From Octopus vulgaris (Eukaryota): 64,000 bases of DNA. Below the pieces are notes generated by a model. That model was not told the origin of the DNA, did not search any database, and was given only the letters and a program-made list of their open reading frames with translations. The position numbers and the translations under genes are program-made. Positions within the stretch are counted from its first letter, which is position 1. Every line of letters begins with the position of its first letter. This document shows, piece after piece, positions 1 to 12,528 of this stretch. The stretch covers positions 48,794,001 to 48,858,000 of the forward strand of contig OX597825.1 in the NCBI GenBank assembly GCA_951406725.2, in the 5' to 3' direction.

Positions 1-157
1 ACTAAAATCACAAGGTTTGAAATTTGTGGTGAAGGGGCAAGGCAATTTCATCGAAACCAGTATTCAACTGGTACTTAATTTATCGACCCCGAAAGGATAA
101 AAGGCAATGTCGACCTCGGTGGAATTTGAGCTCGGAACGTAGCGACTGGTGAAATAC
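1..157 (-). mobile_element. tRNA-derived SINE fragment (family A, Meta/MESC-like central domain)
   Basis: Reverse complement matches the copies at 18137-18508 and 26216-26790 (GAGTTCAAATTCCGCCGAGGTCGAC...GCCTTTCATCCTTTCGGGGTCGATAAATTAAGTACCAG). Confidence 0.85.
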
Positions 158-184
158 TCTAATAATAATAATAATAATAATAAC

Positions 185-986
185 AAAAAAGATTGTTGAC
201 GATACCCCCAGTCAATTTCTGCTTAACTAAATTGCTTACCCGGTCCCTGTAAGCCTTACGTGCCGGAAACGACATGTTCAGCTTCCAGTAACTGGGTCCA
301 AGCTTACGCGTCTTATCTAGGCCGACCGTACAGATTACAAACTTATGGTCTGAATAGGCGACTGTTTTAAAACTGGACACCCTACAATGTTACTAGTGAA
401 AATTCTATCTATTTACGATCTAGATGCTCCTAAGCGGTTGGTCCAGGTCCACACAGGCGCATTAGGGAAATCTCATCGGTACTTGATCAAATAGTTGGAA
501 CTGTCTAATCAGGTGCTTGAGGCTTTTTCACCTCGCCTTTCTATCAGCTACTTCCACACAACCCCAACGTTGATCTACTAACAGTAAAGGGCAAGACGTA
601 CCTAGAAAGGCTTCCAGCTGCCTTAAGAAACCTGGTCGTTTGGCTCCGGTAGGAGCGTAGATGGCCACCAGTCTAAAGACACTACCTTCACTGTTACTCA
701 TGTACAGGGCCACCAACTTCCAGCCCGGGTCCCGGAAGATCGACTTTACCTCGAGATCCAGTTCATTCGTATACAGTAATGCCACTCCACCTCCCGGCTG
801 ACTAACAGATGCAAGGATCCGATAGTCACCGAACTTGGGGGCCAATGCGCGTGTATTTGATATGCTGGTAACCCTGACAGCAGTTATATCCAATTCTTGA
901 GACCTGAGGTCGTTGAGCAGGCGTTTCTGCTTCCAGTGTAATCACAGACCTCGCACATTTAAAAACCCTACTCTTAGTATGACCAT
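185..986 (-). pseudogene. Tx1/L1-clade LINE ORF2 apurinic endonuclease domain, disrupted
   Basis: Starts MVILRVGFLNVRGL* at 986. Later frames give GGGVALL, FRLVAIYAP, SDHKFV and GPSYWKLN, all L1/Tx1 APE motifs. Stops and frameshifts present. Truncated at a (TAA)n tract. Sequence to about 1450 is probably the ORF1 remnant. Confidence 0.85.
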
Positions 987-2540
987 GTTAGCAAGCTAAA
1001 TTGAGAAAAGAAAGGTTTACTTACCTCCCGATGTCTTGTGATGGTCGGGTGGTTCGACCTCCATAGTTGGTGGGGTCTTTTTAGGGAACCCCTTTAAGGG
1101 CATCGATGTCGGTCTCACGTTCAGGGTTGTACGTCCTCCGGAAAGCTATCTCGAATTTTTGTGTAGAAATCGAGCGACACTCGCACCAGTATATCTTCTG
1201 GTATGAAATGTGTTCGATTTGACGATCACCCCACCACTGTTTCAAATTCTGTGTTTTTGCGTTATGAGTGCCATCAGTTCCTCGTTGTCCCTTCTAATAA
1301 GTACGAAACTGGGTGTTTTGTGTTGATGATTAATTTGTTTGCTTGACTGCAGTGATGATGGTGTTGTTTTTGTTGTTTCTGTATGTGTTGTGAGTGCGAT
1401 ATCTGCAGTTTTAGATGTTTGTGTGAGTTGTCTGTTCCCGCTTAGGTTGTTTGCGTTTGGAGGATTCTGGTGATAACGTGTTGCTTGTATTTACTGATAT
1501 ATCACATCAGCGGTGATACTGTAAGAAACTGTGAAATTAATGTTTCTTTTCATAGGTAGAATACTTCGTAAGAGATTCTATATAAAATGCTTAAATTGTG
1601 ACTAATTGAGTAACATACTATTACTGATTGGACAAGCTGTGACTGCTTTCTGTATGTTGGGAGTAGCAGATAAACGATTATATTGTTACATATATAGCTA
1701 TATGATCGAAGTCAGTAATCTGCGTTAATCTATTGAAATCCTATATCCAGTTAGATGGATGTTGCACTTCACATGCAGATTTTTAAGCCATAAAACAAGA
1801 AATATAATAATAGCAATGACGAAAAATGAAGACGTGTCTCAAACATGCCTGTATGGTGTTAACTAATGGAAAGGAGAGTTAGCTAGTTGTAATACTCGAT
1901 GTTCTAATGAGTTCTGTGTTCTGAAGCATATTTGATAAGATATGTTCATTAATAATAATCACAAATAAGGAAATCAAATTTAATAAAACTACATCTGGAC
2001 TTATTCTATTAAAGTGTATTAGATTTTCGATTTATGTATATATCAAGATTTTCAAAAATGACTTTTGTATGAGTGGAGCCATTATCTTCTTCATACAGGA
2101 TATTACCTTATAGGTTTTATAATGAAATTTCCTTGGAAGAACTCGAAATGTTACTAAGTCGACGTAGAGTTGATATCAATTTCTGGTTTATTTAGCAACA
2201 TAATTTTCCAGTGGATTATATATAGCGTCTAAAATAGCCAGACATTTTGAGGAGAGTCATTGAATGTCACTTGTTAGCTTATTAACCTAGAAGTAAATAG
2301 AAGTGAGGATAATCATTATGGGAGAAAAGAAACAACGTAGAAGATAGAGAAAATAAGAGAAAGCATTTAGTTTCCACTGCTTCAAAATGATTTTGCTTTG
2401 AGCTTTGGTGAAAAATGTCAGATAACTCAAAACATTTATAATAGTGAGGATAGTGTAGGAGGTGTATGCACTTTATAGAACTGACATATTCTATAGGCAT
2501 TCTCATCTTGCATACATTTACAAACGCACACATAATTGGC

Positions 2541-2574
<34 letters not shown>

Positions 2575-2578
<4 letters not shown>

Positions 2579-2958
2579 CTCTTTTACTTGTTTCAGTCAT
2601 TTGACTGCGGCCATGCTGGAGCATCGCCTTTAGTCGAATAAGTCGACCCCAGGACTTACTCTTTATGAACCTAATCTTCTTTGTCGGTCGAGCCGCTAAA
2701 TTAGGAGCACGTAAACACACCAGCATCAGTTGCCCAGCAATAGTGGGGGACAAACACATACACACAAACATATACACAAACATACATACATATATATACA
2801 TATATACGACGGGCTTCTTTCATTTTCCGTCTTCCAAATCCACCCACAAGGCTTTGGTCGAACCGAGGTTATAGTAGAAAACACTTGCTCAAGGTGTCAC
2901 GCAGAGGGACTGAACCCGGAACCATATGGTTGGGAAGCAAGCTTCTTACCACGCCCCA
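2575..2958 (-). mobile_element. SINE family B (tRNA head, CORE-like segment, internal microsatellite)
   Basis: Reverse complement of the family seen nearly full length at 55343-55815. Confidence 0.85.
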
Positions 2959-3336
2959 ACACACACACACACACGTAGAAACACCCCATCCCCACACACT
3001 CATAGAATTGATAATATTGAAAACGAAAATGTACACATACTTTCTGTAGCATAGATATGCTATAACATAATGGAAAGTCACCAGTTTATCAAAATTTAGT
3101 ATGCATCACCAACGTAACAAAGTACAGAAAGTCAACATTTATTTGGAACATGTACTAAATGCTATAAAATTCACGCCTGAATATCACGAGGAAAAAAGTG
3201 AAAGTCCAAGAAAATTCAGAAGCCATAATTCAATTTTTCATACAAAAATAATTTATTTTACAATTTTGATATAGAGTTCAAGATATATATAAATATATAT
3301 ATAAAAGATAGTTCGTATATGTGTCTGTGTGTGCGT

Positions 3337-4081
3337 ATGTTCCTTATGCATTCCAAAACCGATTTTGTCATATGGGGTATCAAAAGATTCTGTAGGTTTT
3401 TGGCTACCCACTACATATTTTTAACTCGACGTAGTAAAAAGTTTGTGCGACATTGATACTCACTATGATGAAGAAACTTAGAAGGTCTGTTAAAAATTAT
3501 CTTGAAACTAGTTAGAAGGAGTGGAATAACATTTCTGTAATTATACTGACTGAAAGAATCGCTGAGGCTTCCTACTTCGCCAAAGTTCCGAATTTGCTAT
3601 AAAACCAGAATAACATGTTTTTTCAGATATATTTGTGAGTATTGTGAGTGGTGTTAAATCAGTCAAATCTTCATGTTGGTAGTACTTCACAGCGTATGTT
3701 GTTGTTTGTTTAAACCCCGGCCGCAACCAAACTTTCAATACCGGCGTGATTCACATACATTGACGTTCACCTGAAACCTGTTTGTGTCAGTCGTTACAAA
3801 AATTTATGTATACTGACAGACACATACACCGTCACACACATATACTTGTCAGTCATCGGCCTAACATAGGTAACAAACGCGCGAACACACTCATATAGAA
3901 AATGTGACGTCATCGTCGTTGTGGTGGTGATATAAACTGTCGTTTACGATAAGTGACTAAATGAAAAATGTCAAATTTTTGTAATGAAAATATGCGAATG
4001 AAAATATAGTTTAGTCGGTAGCCTACTGAATCTTTTGATACCCCATATGTCAAAATCGGTTTTGGAATGCATAAAGAACAT
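3337..4081. repeat. About 60 bp inverted repeat pair (3337-3396 / 4022-4081), Helitron-like 5' context
   Basis: ATGTTCCTTATGCATTCCAAAACCGATTTTGTCATATGGGGTATCAAAAGATTC recurs as its reverse complement with few mismatches. Confidence 0.75.
3461..3515 (+). ncRNA. Degenerate hammerhead-like motif
   Basis: CU aUGAUGA AGA...UCUU GAAA CUAG UU AG. C3 is replaced by A, stem III is the palindrome ACUAGU, and stem I is only 2 bp. Confidence 0.35.
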
Positions 4082-4260
4082 TTCTAGACGTACATTCAGA
4101 AGATATCTCTTTGTTTGATGACTTTCCCAACTAGGACTGTTACTGGTTGCGAAAGGGAAGTGATATTAGTTGTGCATCCAGAGATCACACCTCTTACACC
4201 TCGGAGCTTAGCATGTCCAAAGATTTTAGACCTGCCTTCCTCACGATCATTGTGTGTGGA

Positions 4261-4293
<33 letters not shown>

Positions 4294-4309
4294 GTGTGTG
4301 TGGTATTGA

Positions 4310-4515
4310 ATGTACAGATGGCTTGGACATCAACGGTGAACTGCAAACAGAGCGGAGTGAACGAGGTGATCGCAGAATACTCGATGTACAAGTTCTGCTT
4401 AGCCAGACTTGTCAAAAGATTCACAGACAACAGGTAGACTGTACATTTACCGAGTGACACCAGAGATCAGAGAAGACCAGGCAAAAGAACTCCGTGACGA
4501 TGGTAAGATGATTGA
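4310..4515 (+). mobile_element. RTE-clade LINE 3' end relic
   Basis: Translates KQSGVNEVIAEYSMYKFCLARLVKRFTDNR*TVHL..RDQRRPGKRTP*RW*DD, which resembles the RTE C-terminus (WAGHVAR..DNRW...RP..RP.RW.DD). Confidence 0.6.
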
Positions 4516-4873
4516 CAAACATGTATTATAGCCAGTCTATCAGTTCTCTTTGGATTCTAGCAGTTATGGTTTGCTTTGATAATATTGCGTTCGTATAAAG
4601 TTTAGATATATTGAATTTTACGAAGATCCAATATGGCTTAATTTGTACTTTGAACCTTTTATTGAAAATACCTACGCAATAAGAACGATCGTTGGACTCG
4701 TATAATGTAATTCTCAAAGAAAGTAGTGATATTTTCCATTGCTGTTTATGTTGTTATATATATATATATATATATAATGGCGGTGCCCCAGCATGGCCAC
4801 AGCTCATAAGCTGAAACTGGAAAAATCAAAATCAAAATCAAATCATACGTATGTGAGTGTGTGTGTGTGAGTG

Positions 4874-4957
<84 letters not shown>

Positions 4958-5329
4958 TAAGGGATTATCAATCCAGGCAAAATACTTTATAAGCTCTCTC
5001 GTAGTACACCAGGCTAACAATATTGTTTAGGTTAGTAAACACCACTGGGTATTCTAGGGGACTGAAGTTGTAGTTTATCACTATTCTATACTGCAAATTT
5101 GTTGTTGTGTTCCTAGTTATATTGTTTTTTGACATAGTGATATACAGGACAAGCTTGGTTAGAACCAGAACAATATGACTCTGATGAGAGTAGCATTAAT
5201 ATACATACTTACATACACGCATGCGCGCACACAGACGGACTCACACATGTTCTGTGCAAAGATTACGAAAGATACAACGCAAAGTGAGGTGATAAAAGAC
5301 AAAGCTAGTATCTAGTTTACGCTCAGTAA

Positions 5330-6214
5330 ATAAGAAAGAAGAAAATGTCTTTATCGTTTCAAGTATACGCTATTCTTGTGAAAAACGGGGTAGATATTGA
5401 GAGAGAAAAAATCTAATTTACCCAGTCAGCAGGCTAAGGGCCTCTGATCAAGTTCGAGCCCAAACAAATGTTGAAAGGGAATATCCAGCCGAGCAGAAAT
5501 GGCTAGAAACTGGAGTTCACCAAACGGTCAGCCAGAGTTGACTCGCTTGTCTTATGTAAGAGGAGAGGCAGTAGATGAGATTGTTAGAGGTGTATGTGAT
5601 GGATCGGTGACATAGAAGGAGCGGTAGTGTGTAACATTGAGGATGGTTGGGGAGGAAATGACAAGTGTGACAGTGTGTGGGAAATGAAGGGAAAGAGCCA
5701 GGTCGAGTGCCGGAAGTGGGAATGAAGGTACATTCCAGTAAACCACGTAGGTTCCTGATGCATTTGAAGGAAGAGTGTATTGAGGAAAATGTGAGAGGTG
5801 GTAGGGTCGGAATGAAGTGTGAGGAAAGTGCGTAATATGCTACGGTGGAGGGCTTGTGGTGAAGGAGGGACGGTGTGGGGTTGTGGAGACAGATAAAGGT
5901 AGCACAGCCACAGCGAGACAGGACTGATGCGCGGTTAACTAACCGAGCGTGGAAGAGGGCGGCTTGTATTACAGAGGTGAGGTATCCGAGGTGGTGAAAT
6001 GGCAGGTCTTGAGTTCGGACTGTGTCTCGAAGTCATGATCATCACTACAGAGTCTACGGAGATAGAAGAGAGTGTAGGGGATAGAAAGTCGGTGCGGGTG
6101 ATGTTGTAAGGGGTGAATGTGAGGCAGGTATGGGAATCTGTAGGCTTGTGGAATACAGAAGTAGTAAGGGAGGAGTGGGTAATAGAATCAGCAATCTTGA
6201 GAAAGTTAATGGAG

Positions 6215-6250
<36 letters not shown>

Positions 6251-7640
6251 ATTTGGCTCAAAAGCAAATAGCAAGGCCATGTAGGGGGACATGGAGTTAA
6301 GTACAGGGTAGTGTTCATGTAAAGAGTTCAGGCCACTTGAGGTCCAGGGAGGCTTTGAACAAAGCGGTCGTCGGCATCTTCACCATCTCGTCTGGCAGCT
6401 TGTTCCACGGATCCGCAACCCGGACGGAGAAAGCTCCTCTCCTTCGATTGAGATGAAATCGTCGCAGGTAGAGCTTTTCGGAATGACCCCGCAGCCGACG
6501 CTCTGGAGCAGGAGTGAAGAACAGCTCTTTCGAGAGGTTACACTTTCCGCTTATAATGTTGTGGGCGAGAATGAGATCACCACGGCGTTTTTCAGGTCGA
6601 GCGTCCTCAGCCTTTCTTCGTAGGACAAATTTTTGAGACCATGAACCATGCGGGTAGCCAGCCTCTGGACTCTTTCGAGATGCTGTATGTCTTTGAGGAG
6701 ATAAGGAGAAGAGGCCTGAATCCCATACTCCAATATGGGTCTCACCAGCGTGACATAGAGTGGTAGGAATATGGCTACTGTGAGCATTCCGAATGACCGT
6801 CGAATCAAGAACAGAATTCCGCGTGCTTTGTTGGCAACATGGACGCACTGGGCCGAAGGCGAAAAGGAGGAATCCACCAAGATACCCAGGTCCTTTACCT
6901 GATCGGTCCTCTCCAGCAGCAGACGACCCGGCTCGAAATCAAGTTGAGTTGCAGGAGTAGAGCCGACAGGCAGATGACAGCACTTTGACACGTTCAGACA
7001 CAGGTCCCAATCATTAGACCACTTCCAAATTTGGTGGAGGCATCGACGAAGATCCTCTATATTACCGCGAGGAGCGACCAGTTTGATATCGTCGGCAAAT
7101 AAAAGGGTGTGTTGCGTGACGTCGTCGGGCAAGTCATTTATGAATACTAAGAACAACAAGGGCCCAAGCACTGAACCTTGAGGCACGCCACTGCTCGCAC
7201 TGGAGACGTCGGACCGTGAACCATTAACTTGGACTTGGAAGGAGCGATCGAGGTGTCGAGAACAGAACAAAAGAATTGTCGGTGGTGGCAATGGAGTGTA
7301 GTAAAGAAAGGAAGAAGTTTAGCGGTTCGCAGAAGGGTGAGGTGGCGTCGATGAATTTGTCGATATATCGACCATATAATGAGGACTAGGACGGTGAACT
7401 GTGAAAATATTTGCGCTTCAACATAGCCGACGGACAGGTTCATGTAGTTAGGGTCCATTCGGGTTCTCATTGCAACGCACAAGGATTCATGCTCTAACGA
7501 AAAGCGAGTTCGACCAACTGGAGAGTTAGGAGAGCTACGCGAAATTGGGTACGTTGTTCTAGAAAATGTTTGAAGGCAAGAAAGCCTTCATTATGAGGAA
7601 TGTCAGTATAAAGGGATTTGATAACGCGGGAGAACAGGAT
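5330..7640 (-). mobile_element. Penelope-like element body (RT relic), split by a CR1 insertion
   Basis: IKSLYTDIPHNEGFLAFKHFL (RT motif A) and VAMRTRMDPNYMNLSVGYVEAQIF (motif B). Collinear with the PLE at 53200-54925. Degenerate mini-HHR at its 3' end (5349-5384). Confidence 0.75.
6217..7249 (-). mobile_element. 5'-truncated CR1-clade LINE (RT C-terminal part) with (TAAC)n tail
   Basis: GVPQGSVLGPLLFLVFINDL, LLFADDIKL, LERVQRLATRM and RRLRGHSEKL...FSVRVADPWNKLP. One frameshift near 6590. (GTTA)n at 6215-6250. GAGGT is present on both flanks (6212-6216, 7250-7254). Confidence 0.92.
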
Positions 7641-8310
7641 AACACACTACTATACAAACACACTGTTCAATTCATTACTCACTTCACACATCATTACACA
7701 CACACCCACACCCACACCCATACAAGCACATAATATCTGGACACAGACAAATCATACACACACAGGCAAAACGCAAAAACACACGCAACACGCATAGACA
7801 CAGATAAATTTCGCCCACAAACATGCACTATACACATGCATACTATTTGGACACACACACACACATGTGTACACACCACCTGCACAAGCACACATCAACT
7901 GCTACACACAACACACATACATAGGTTAACCTCACACACACACATGTCAATACACACACACAATTACACAAAACGCACATCACTCCACACAACCCATACA
8001 CTAGGGTACTTGTACAGATACGCACTCACACAGGCCCAGGCATTTGCACACACACATGATAACCCACACATACACATATCCATACGCACACACATACCTA
8101 CCAGTACATGGAATGCATATCACTCCACATAATATACATACTGGGTTACTTATACACATACACACACATAGGTCCACATAATTTTCAGCTCACCCACACA
8201 TATATACTCACACACTCGCCCCTCATTCACACATTCATGCTTACACCCCCCCATTCTCACATACACACACGTGCTTGCGCACCTTATTTCGCTGGGGTCA
8301 CCGTTATTGC
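7641..8310 (+). mobile_element. CA-rich PLE 3' UTR (inverted terminal repeat, first part)
   Basis: CA-rich tract ending GCACCTTATTTCGCTGGGGTCACCGTTA, similar to 37489-37525 in the PLE 3' UTR. Continues after the R4 insertion at 11357. Confidence 0.55.
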
Positions 8311-8354
8311 TATTATTATTATTATTATTATAATAATAATTATTATTATTATTG

Positions 8355-8388
<34 letters not shown>

Positions 8389-8389
<1 letters not shown>

Positions 8390-11356
8390 TAGTTTTATTT
8401 TTATTTTTATAGCGTGCTTTCACTTCACTACCGAGCGCAGCTCTGTGTGCCTTGGGTATGTGCTGTGATTTGTTGTGATGCTCTGATGGTTATTGTATGG
8501 AAAGTGTTCTGCGTAGGATGTGGGCAGTGCCTAGTAGTGCAATTTTCTGTATGTTATATGTGTTTGTAAGTCCTGGTGTTTTTGTTATGTATTTGTCTGA
8601 ATATTTTTTTATCATGCCTAATGCACCTACTATGATAGGAATTGTTTCTGTTTTCAGATTCCACATTCTAGTTACCTCTATTTCCAGGTCTTTGTATTTT
8701 GAGAGTTTCTCCATTTCTTTTAGAGACACGTTGTCATCTGCCGGTATTGATACATCAATTAAAAAGCATTTTTTTCTTCATGATCTCTGACAACTATATC
8801 TGGTCTGTTGGCCTTAATTTCTCTATCTGTGTGTATCGGCATATCCCAGAGTATGGTTGCTTTCTCGTTTTCTGTGACCTTTTCTGGTGTGTGCCTATAC
8901 CATCTTTTTTCTGTTGTTATTCCATAATGTTGGCATAGCTTCCAATGTATGTAGGTTCCAACTCTGTCATGTCTGTGAATATATTCCTTCTTAGCCAGGA
9001 CTGGGCAGCTAGAGATAATATGATTTATTGTTTCTTGTCCATCTCCACATATTCTGCAGTTACTTGTAATATTTCTTTTCATTACATGTTTTTGGTAATT
9101 TCTGGTGGGGAGGCTTTGGTCTTGTGCTGCAATTAAAAATCCCTCTGTTTCTGCTTTGAGTCCTGAGCTTCTCAACCATTGCTGGGATTTTTCTTTGTCT
9201 ATTTCTTTTGCGTTTAGTTTAGTGCAGTATTTACCATGAAGGGGCTTTTCTTGCCATCGTTTTATCATGGTTCGTTGCTGTTCTGTTTTTAGTTTGGATT
9301 TCATTTGTTTTATAGCTTTTGTTGTTTCTTCATCTTCTTCTTCTTCTTCATGTTTATTAGGTGGTATGATTTCTTGTTTGTATTTGTCAGCTTCCTTAAA
9401 TACTGAGAACAGTTTTTTGTTTTGCTCGTGTTTTGCCGCTATCTGGATCAGTTTTCCTTCCTTCTGAAGTAGATATTTTTGCAGTCCTATGGTGGTTATT
9501 TTATAGTAGTTTTCCAGTTGTATAAGGCCTCTACCACCTTCCATACGTTGTATATATAGTCTTTCTATGTCAGATTTTGGGTGATGCATCCTAGATCCTG
9601 TCATTATTTTTCTTGTTTTCCTATCTATTTTGGTCAGTTCATTTCGTGTCCAGTTAAGGATATTGTAGCTGTAACTTATAACTGGGACAGCTAAAGTGTT
9701 GATACCTATTATCTTGTTTTTAGCATTGAGCTCTGTGTTTAGTATTGATCTAACTCGTCTATAATATTCTTTTTTTATTTTCTCTTTCATTTGTGTGTGT
9801 TGTGTCTTATCTAGTTCATGGATTCCTAAGTATTTGTAAGTTTGGCTTTGGTCTAATTCTTTTATTTCATTGGTTTTATCTAGTGTGATGTTGTTACTCT
9901 TAACTAGTTTTCCTCTTTTCATGGTTACTTTGGCGCATTTTTCTAATCCAAATTTCATATCTATTTCTTTGGTAAATCCATGAACTGTCTTTAATAGTGT
10001 TTCCAGCTGTTTGTCATTTGCAGCGTATAGTTTTAGGTCATCCATATATAAAAGGTGGCTGATCGTTTTGCCGTAACATTTATATCCGCATCCAGTTCTA
10101 TTTAGCATATCAGATAGAGGTGACAGTGCCAAGCAGAAAAGGAGTGGAGAGAGCGTGTCTCCCTGGAATATTCCTCTTCTAATGGGGATGTCTTTGGTTT
10201 TCATGAGTCCCTCTTTTGTTTGGAGGTGTAGGACTGTTTGCCATTTATTCATAGAGTGCTCTATGAATTTTATGATTGTTGGTGCTACTTTGTTAATGGC
10301 TAGTGTTTCGAGGATCCATGTGTGGGGGATGCTATCAAACGCCTTTTTGTAGTCAATCCAGGCCATACTGAGGCCTTTCTTCTTTCTGTGGCTGTCTTCA
10401 GTTATGGCTTTATTAATCATTAGTTGATCTTTACAGCCATATGAGCCTTTGCGGCATCCTTTCTGCTCTTCTGGGAACAGTTTGTTTTCGTCCAGGTGCT
10501 TGTTCAGCCTTTGTGATATCACTGCAGTAAATGCCTTGAACATAGTAGGGAGGCAGGTTATTGGTCTGTAGTTTTCTGGTTTTTCTGTTTCATTTGATTT
10601 GGGAATTAAGATTGTTTTCCCCTTCGTGAGCCATTCAGGCATTGTCTCTGGCTCTGCTAGTACGTTGTTAAAGTTTTCAGCCAGCTTTTTGTGCATTCCT
10701 GTTAGATATTTCAACCAGAAGTTGGGGATCTTGTCATGCCCAGGTGCCTTCCAGTTGCTTAGTCTTTGCAGTGCCTGGGTGACCTCTTCAGTTGTTATGG
10801 GGGTCCAAAGTTGTTCAGATGCCGAATTTGTAATTTTGATACTCCTTTTTTTGGTGGTTCGTTCGCCGACCATATCTCTCTCCAGAATTCTTCCAATTCT
10901 TCTGCCGTTGGTGCTGCAGTGACTTCTATTTTATTTTTGCCCAGTTCTTGGTAGAACTTTTTGGGGTTGGAGCTGAACTTTTTGTTTTCTTCAAAGAAGC
11001 GTTGGCGTTTCTTGTACCGGCGGATCCTTTGTGCTTTGGCAAGGATATCTTGCTTCAGTTTTTCTTTTATTTCAGGCAAATCTTTCTCTGTCATGTTATA
11101 TTTGCGGAGTATTTTTGTTCTCTTTTTGTTGCTCAGTAGCGTTGATTCTTTGCTGATTTCATTAAGAATCGACAGGTCTTTTCTAATTTTTTTTATTTTG
11201 CTTTGGATGTTATTTATCCACAGGGTTTGTTTGGGTGGTGGTACTCCTGTTTGGGCGGGTTTGGGTGAGTATCCAGCTTCTTTTGTGGCTGCAGTGGCTG
11301 CTGCGTATATTAGGTTATTTAGCTCAGTGATATCACTTTTTTTTGATTCAGTGGCT
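8389..11356 (-). mobile_element. R4/Dong-clade RLE non-LTR retrotransposon, 5'-truncated, inserted in (TAA)n
   Basis: RT motifs (YRPITCLP, QKGCRKG, WIDYKKAFDS, GIFQGDTLSP, YMDDLKL), CCHC finger (CRIC...HIISSC), RHD, RPDIVV and EKLSKY...IVGALG. TTA repeats on both flanks. Confidence 0.92.
8490..11340 (-). pseudogene. RT-RLE polyprotein of the R4/Dong element in three frames (11094-10795, 10873-8759, 8729-8490)
   Basis: A 704 aa uninterrupted core ORF plus flanking ORFs joined by two apparent frameshifts (about 10830 and about 8770). Confidence 0.88.
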
Positions 11357-11600
11357 TATTATTATTATTTCCCTTTCATTCTCCCTCTTTTTTTCTGGTC
11401 ATCTCGTCATGTGAATCGTTTCTTCTTCGATATGTTTCATTCTCTCTCTGTTTTTTCTTTCTTTAACTCTGAATCCTTTCTGTCGAAAATTGTAGGCTCC
11501 AAACGTAAAAGAAATTTTCATTCTTCCCGAACATTAAACTATAACACCTGCTTGCTCCTACATCTGTCTTCGTATTTTGTTTTCTGTAAATTTAAACTAT
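11357..11600 (+). mobile_element. PLE terminal fragment with decayed mini-HHR (11476-11511)
   Basis: Similar to 20230-20400 and 37560-37765. CUUU CUGUCGA AAAUUGUAGGCUC CAAA CG UA AAAG. Ends at (TA)n. Confidence 0.7.
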
Positions 11601-11669
11601 ATACATGTGTGTGTGTGTATGTATGTATATGCACACAGACATATATATATGTAACACATATATGAAAAC

Positions 11670-11720
<51 letters not shown>

Positions 11721-11996
11721 CACGTGTGCATATGGACATACATATCTACACATATACACACATCTGCATGCACATAGATATGTAGCAATATTCATATATA
11801 TGATTGAAACATATGTTCACCGAAGGCTGTGTAACGAGAAGTGAGGTTAATAACATTGTCAAGTCCAAAATATTTCAATATTAGCAAGAAAAATCTCTGC
11901 TCAGTGATGTTAATACAAAGGTTAGTATTTAGATAAATCGAGAGTGACATATTGTTCTCGATTTGCCTTGTCTTCTACAGTCATGCTTTTAGAAAT

Positions 11997-11997
<1 letters not shown>

Positions 11998-12063
<66 letters not shown>
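11998..12063. repeat. (TAC)n microsatellite
   Basis: Direct reading. Confidence 0.98.
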
Positions 12064-12456
12064 CCCCAGCCTCCTTATAAATACTTTTGCACGCGCATAT
12101 ATACCTATGTACAAGCATACATATGAAAAGGCAAAATACTCACACGTAGACTCGCATGCAAGCAGTAAAGTAGAAATGCATATACACACATTTGTATATA
12201 ACTAAATATGTATAGTATATAGATATGTAGTGTGTGTGTGTATGCTTGCACATGTGTGTGTGTGTGCCTGCGTGTGTGTGCGTGTGATCAGGCGCTTGTT
12301 TGCATATAGACCAATAAATGTGTGTAAATATCTACACTGAATATACTGTTAAGATCTGCCAAAATATATTCTTATATTGCATCATTCATACACATTTACA
12401 TACATAAACTAACATTTGTGTGCGAAAGTGACTCCGCGAAATACACTCTGCACTGG

Positions 12457-12487
<31 letters not shown>

Positions 12488-12497
12488 CATACATACA

Positions 12498-12528
<31 letters not shown>

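Noticed and set aside
4266-4503. Apparent host exon ending in GTAAG
   Set aside because: Better explained as a decayed RTE LINE C-terminus with stops.
5177-5280. CTGATGAG...TACGAAA hammerhead candidate
   Set aside because: No convincing stem III or stem I after GAAA. At best a truncated half.
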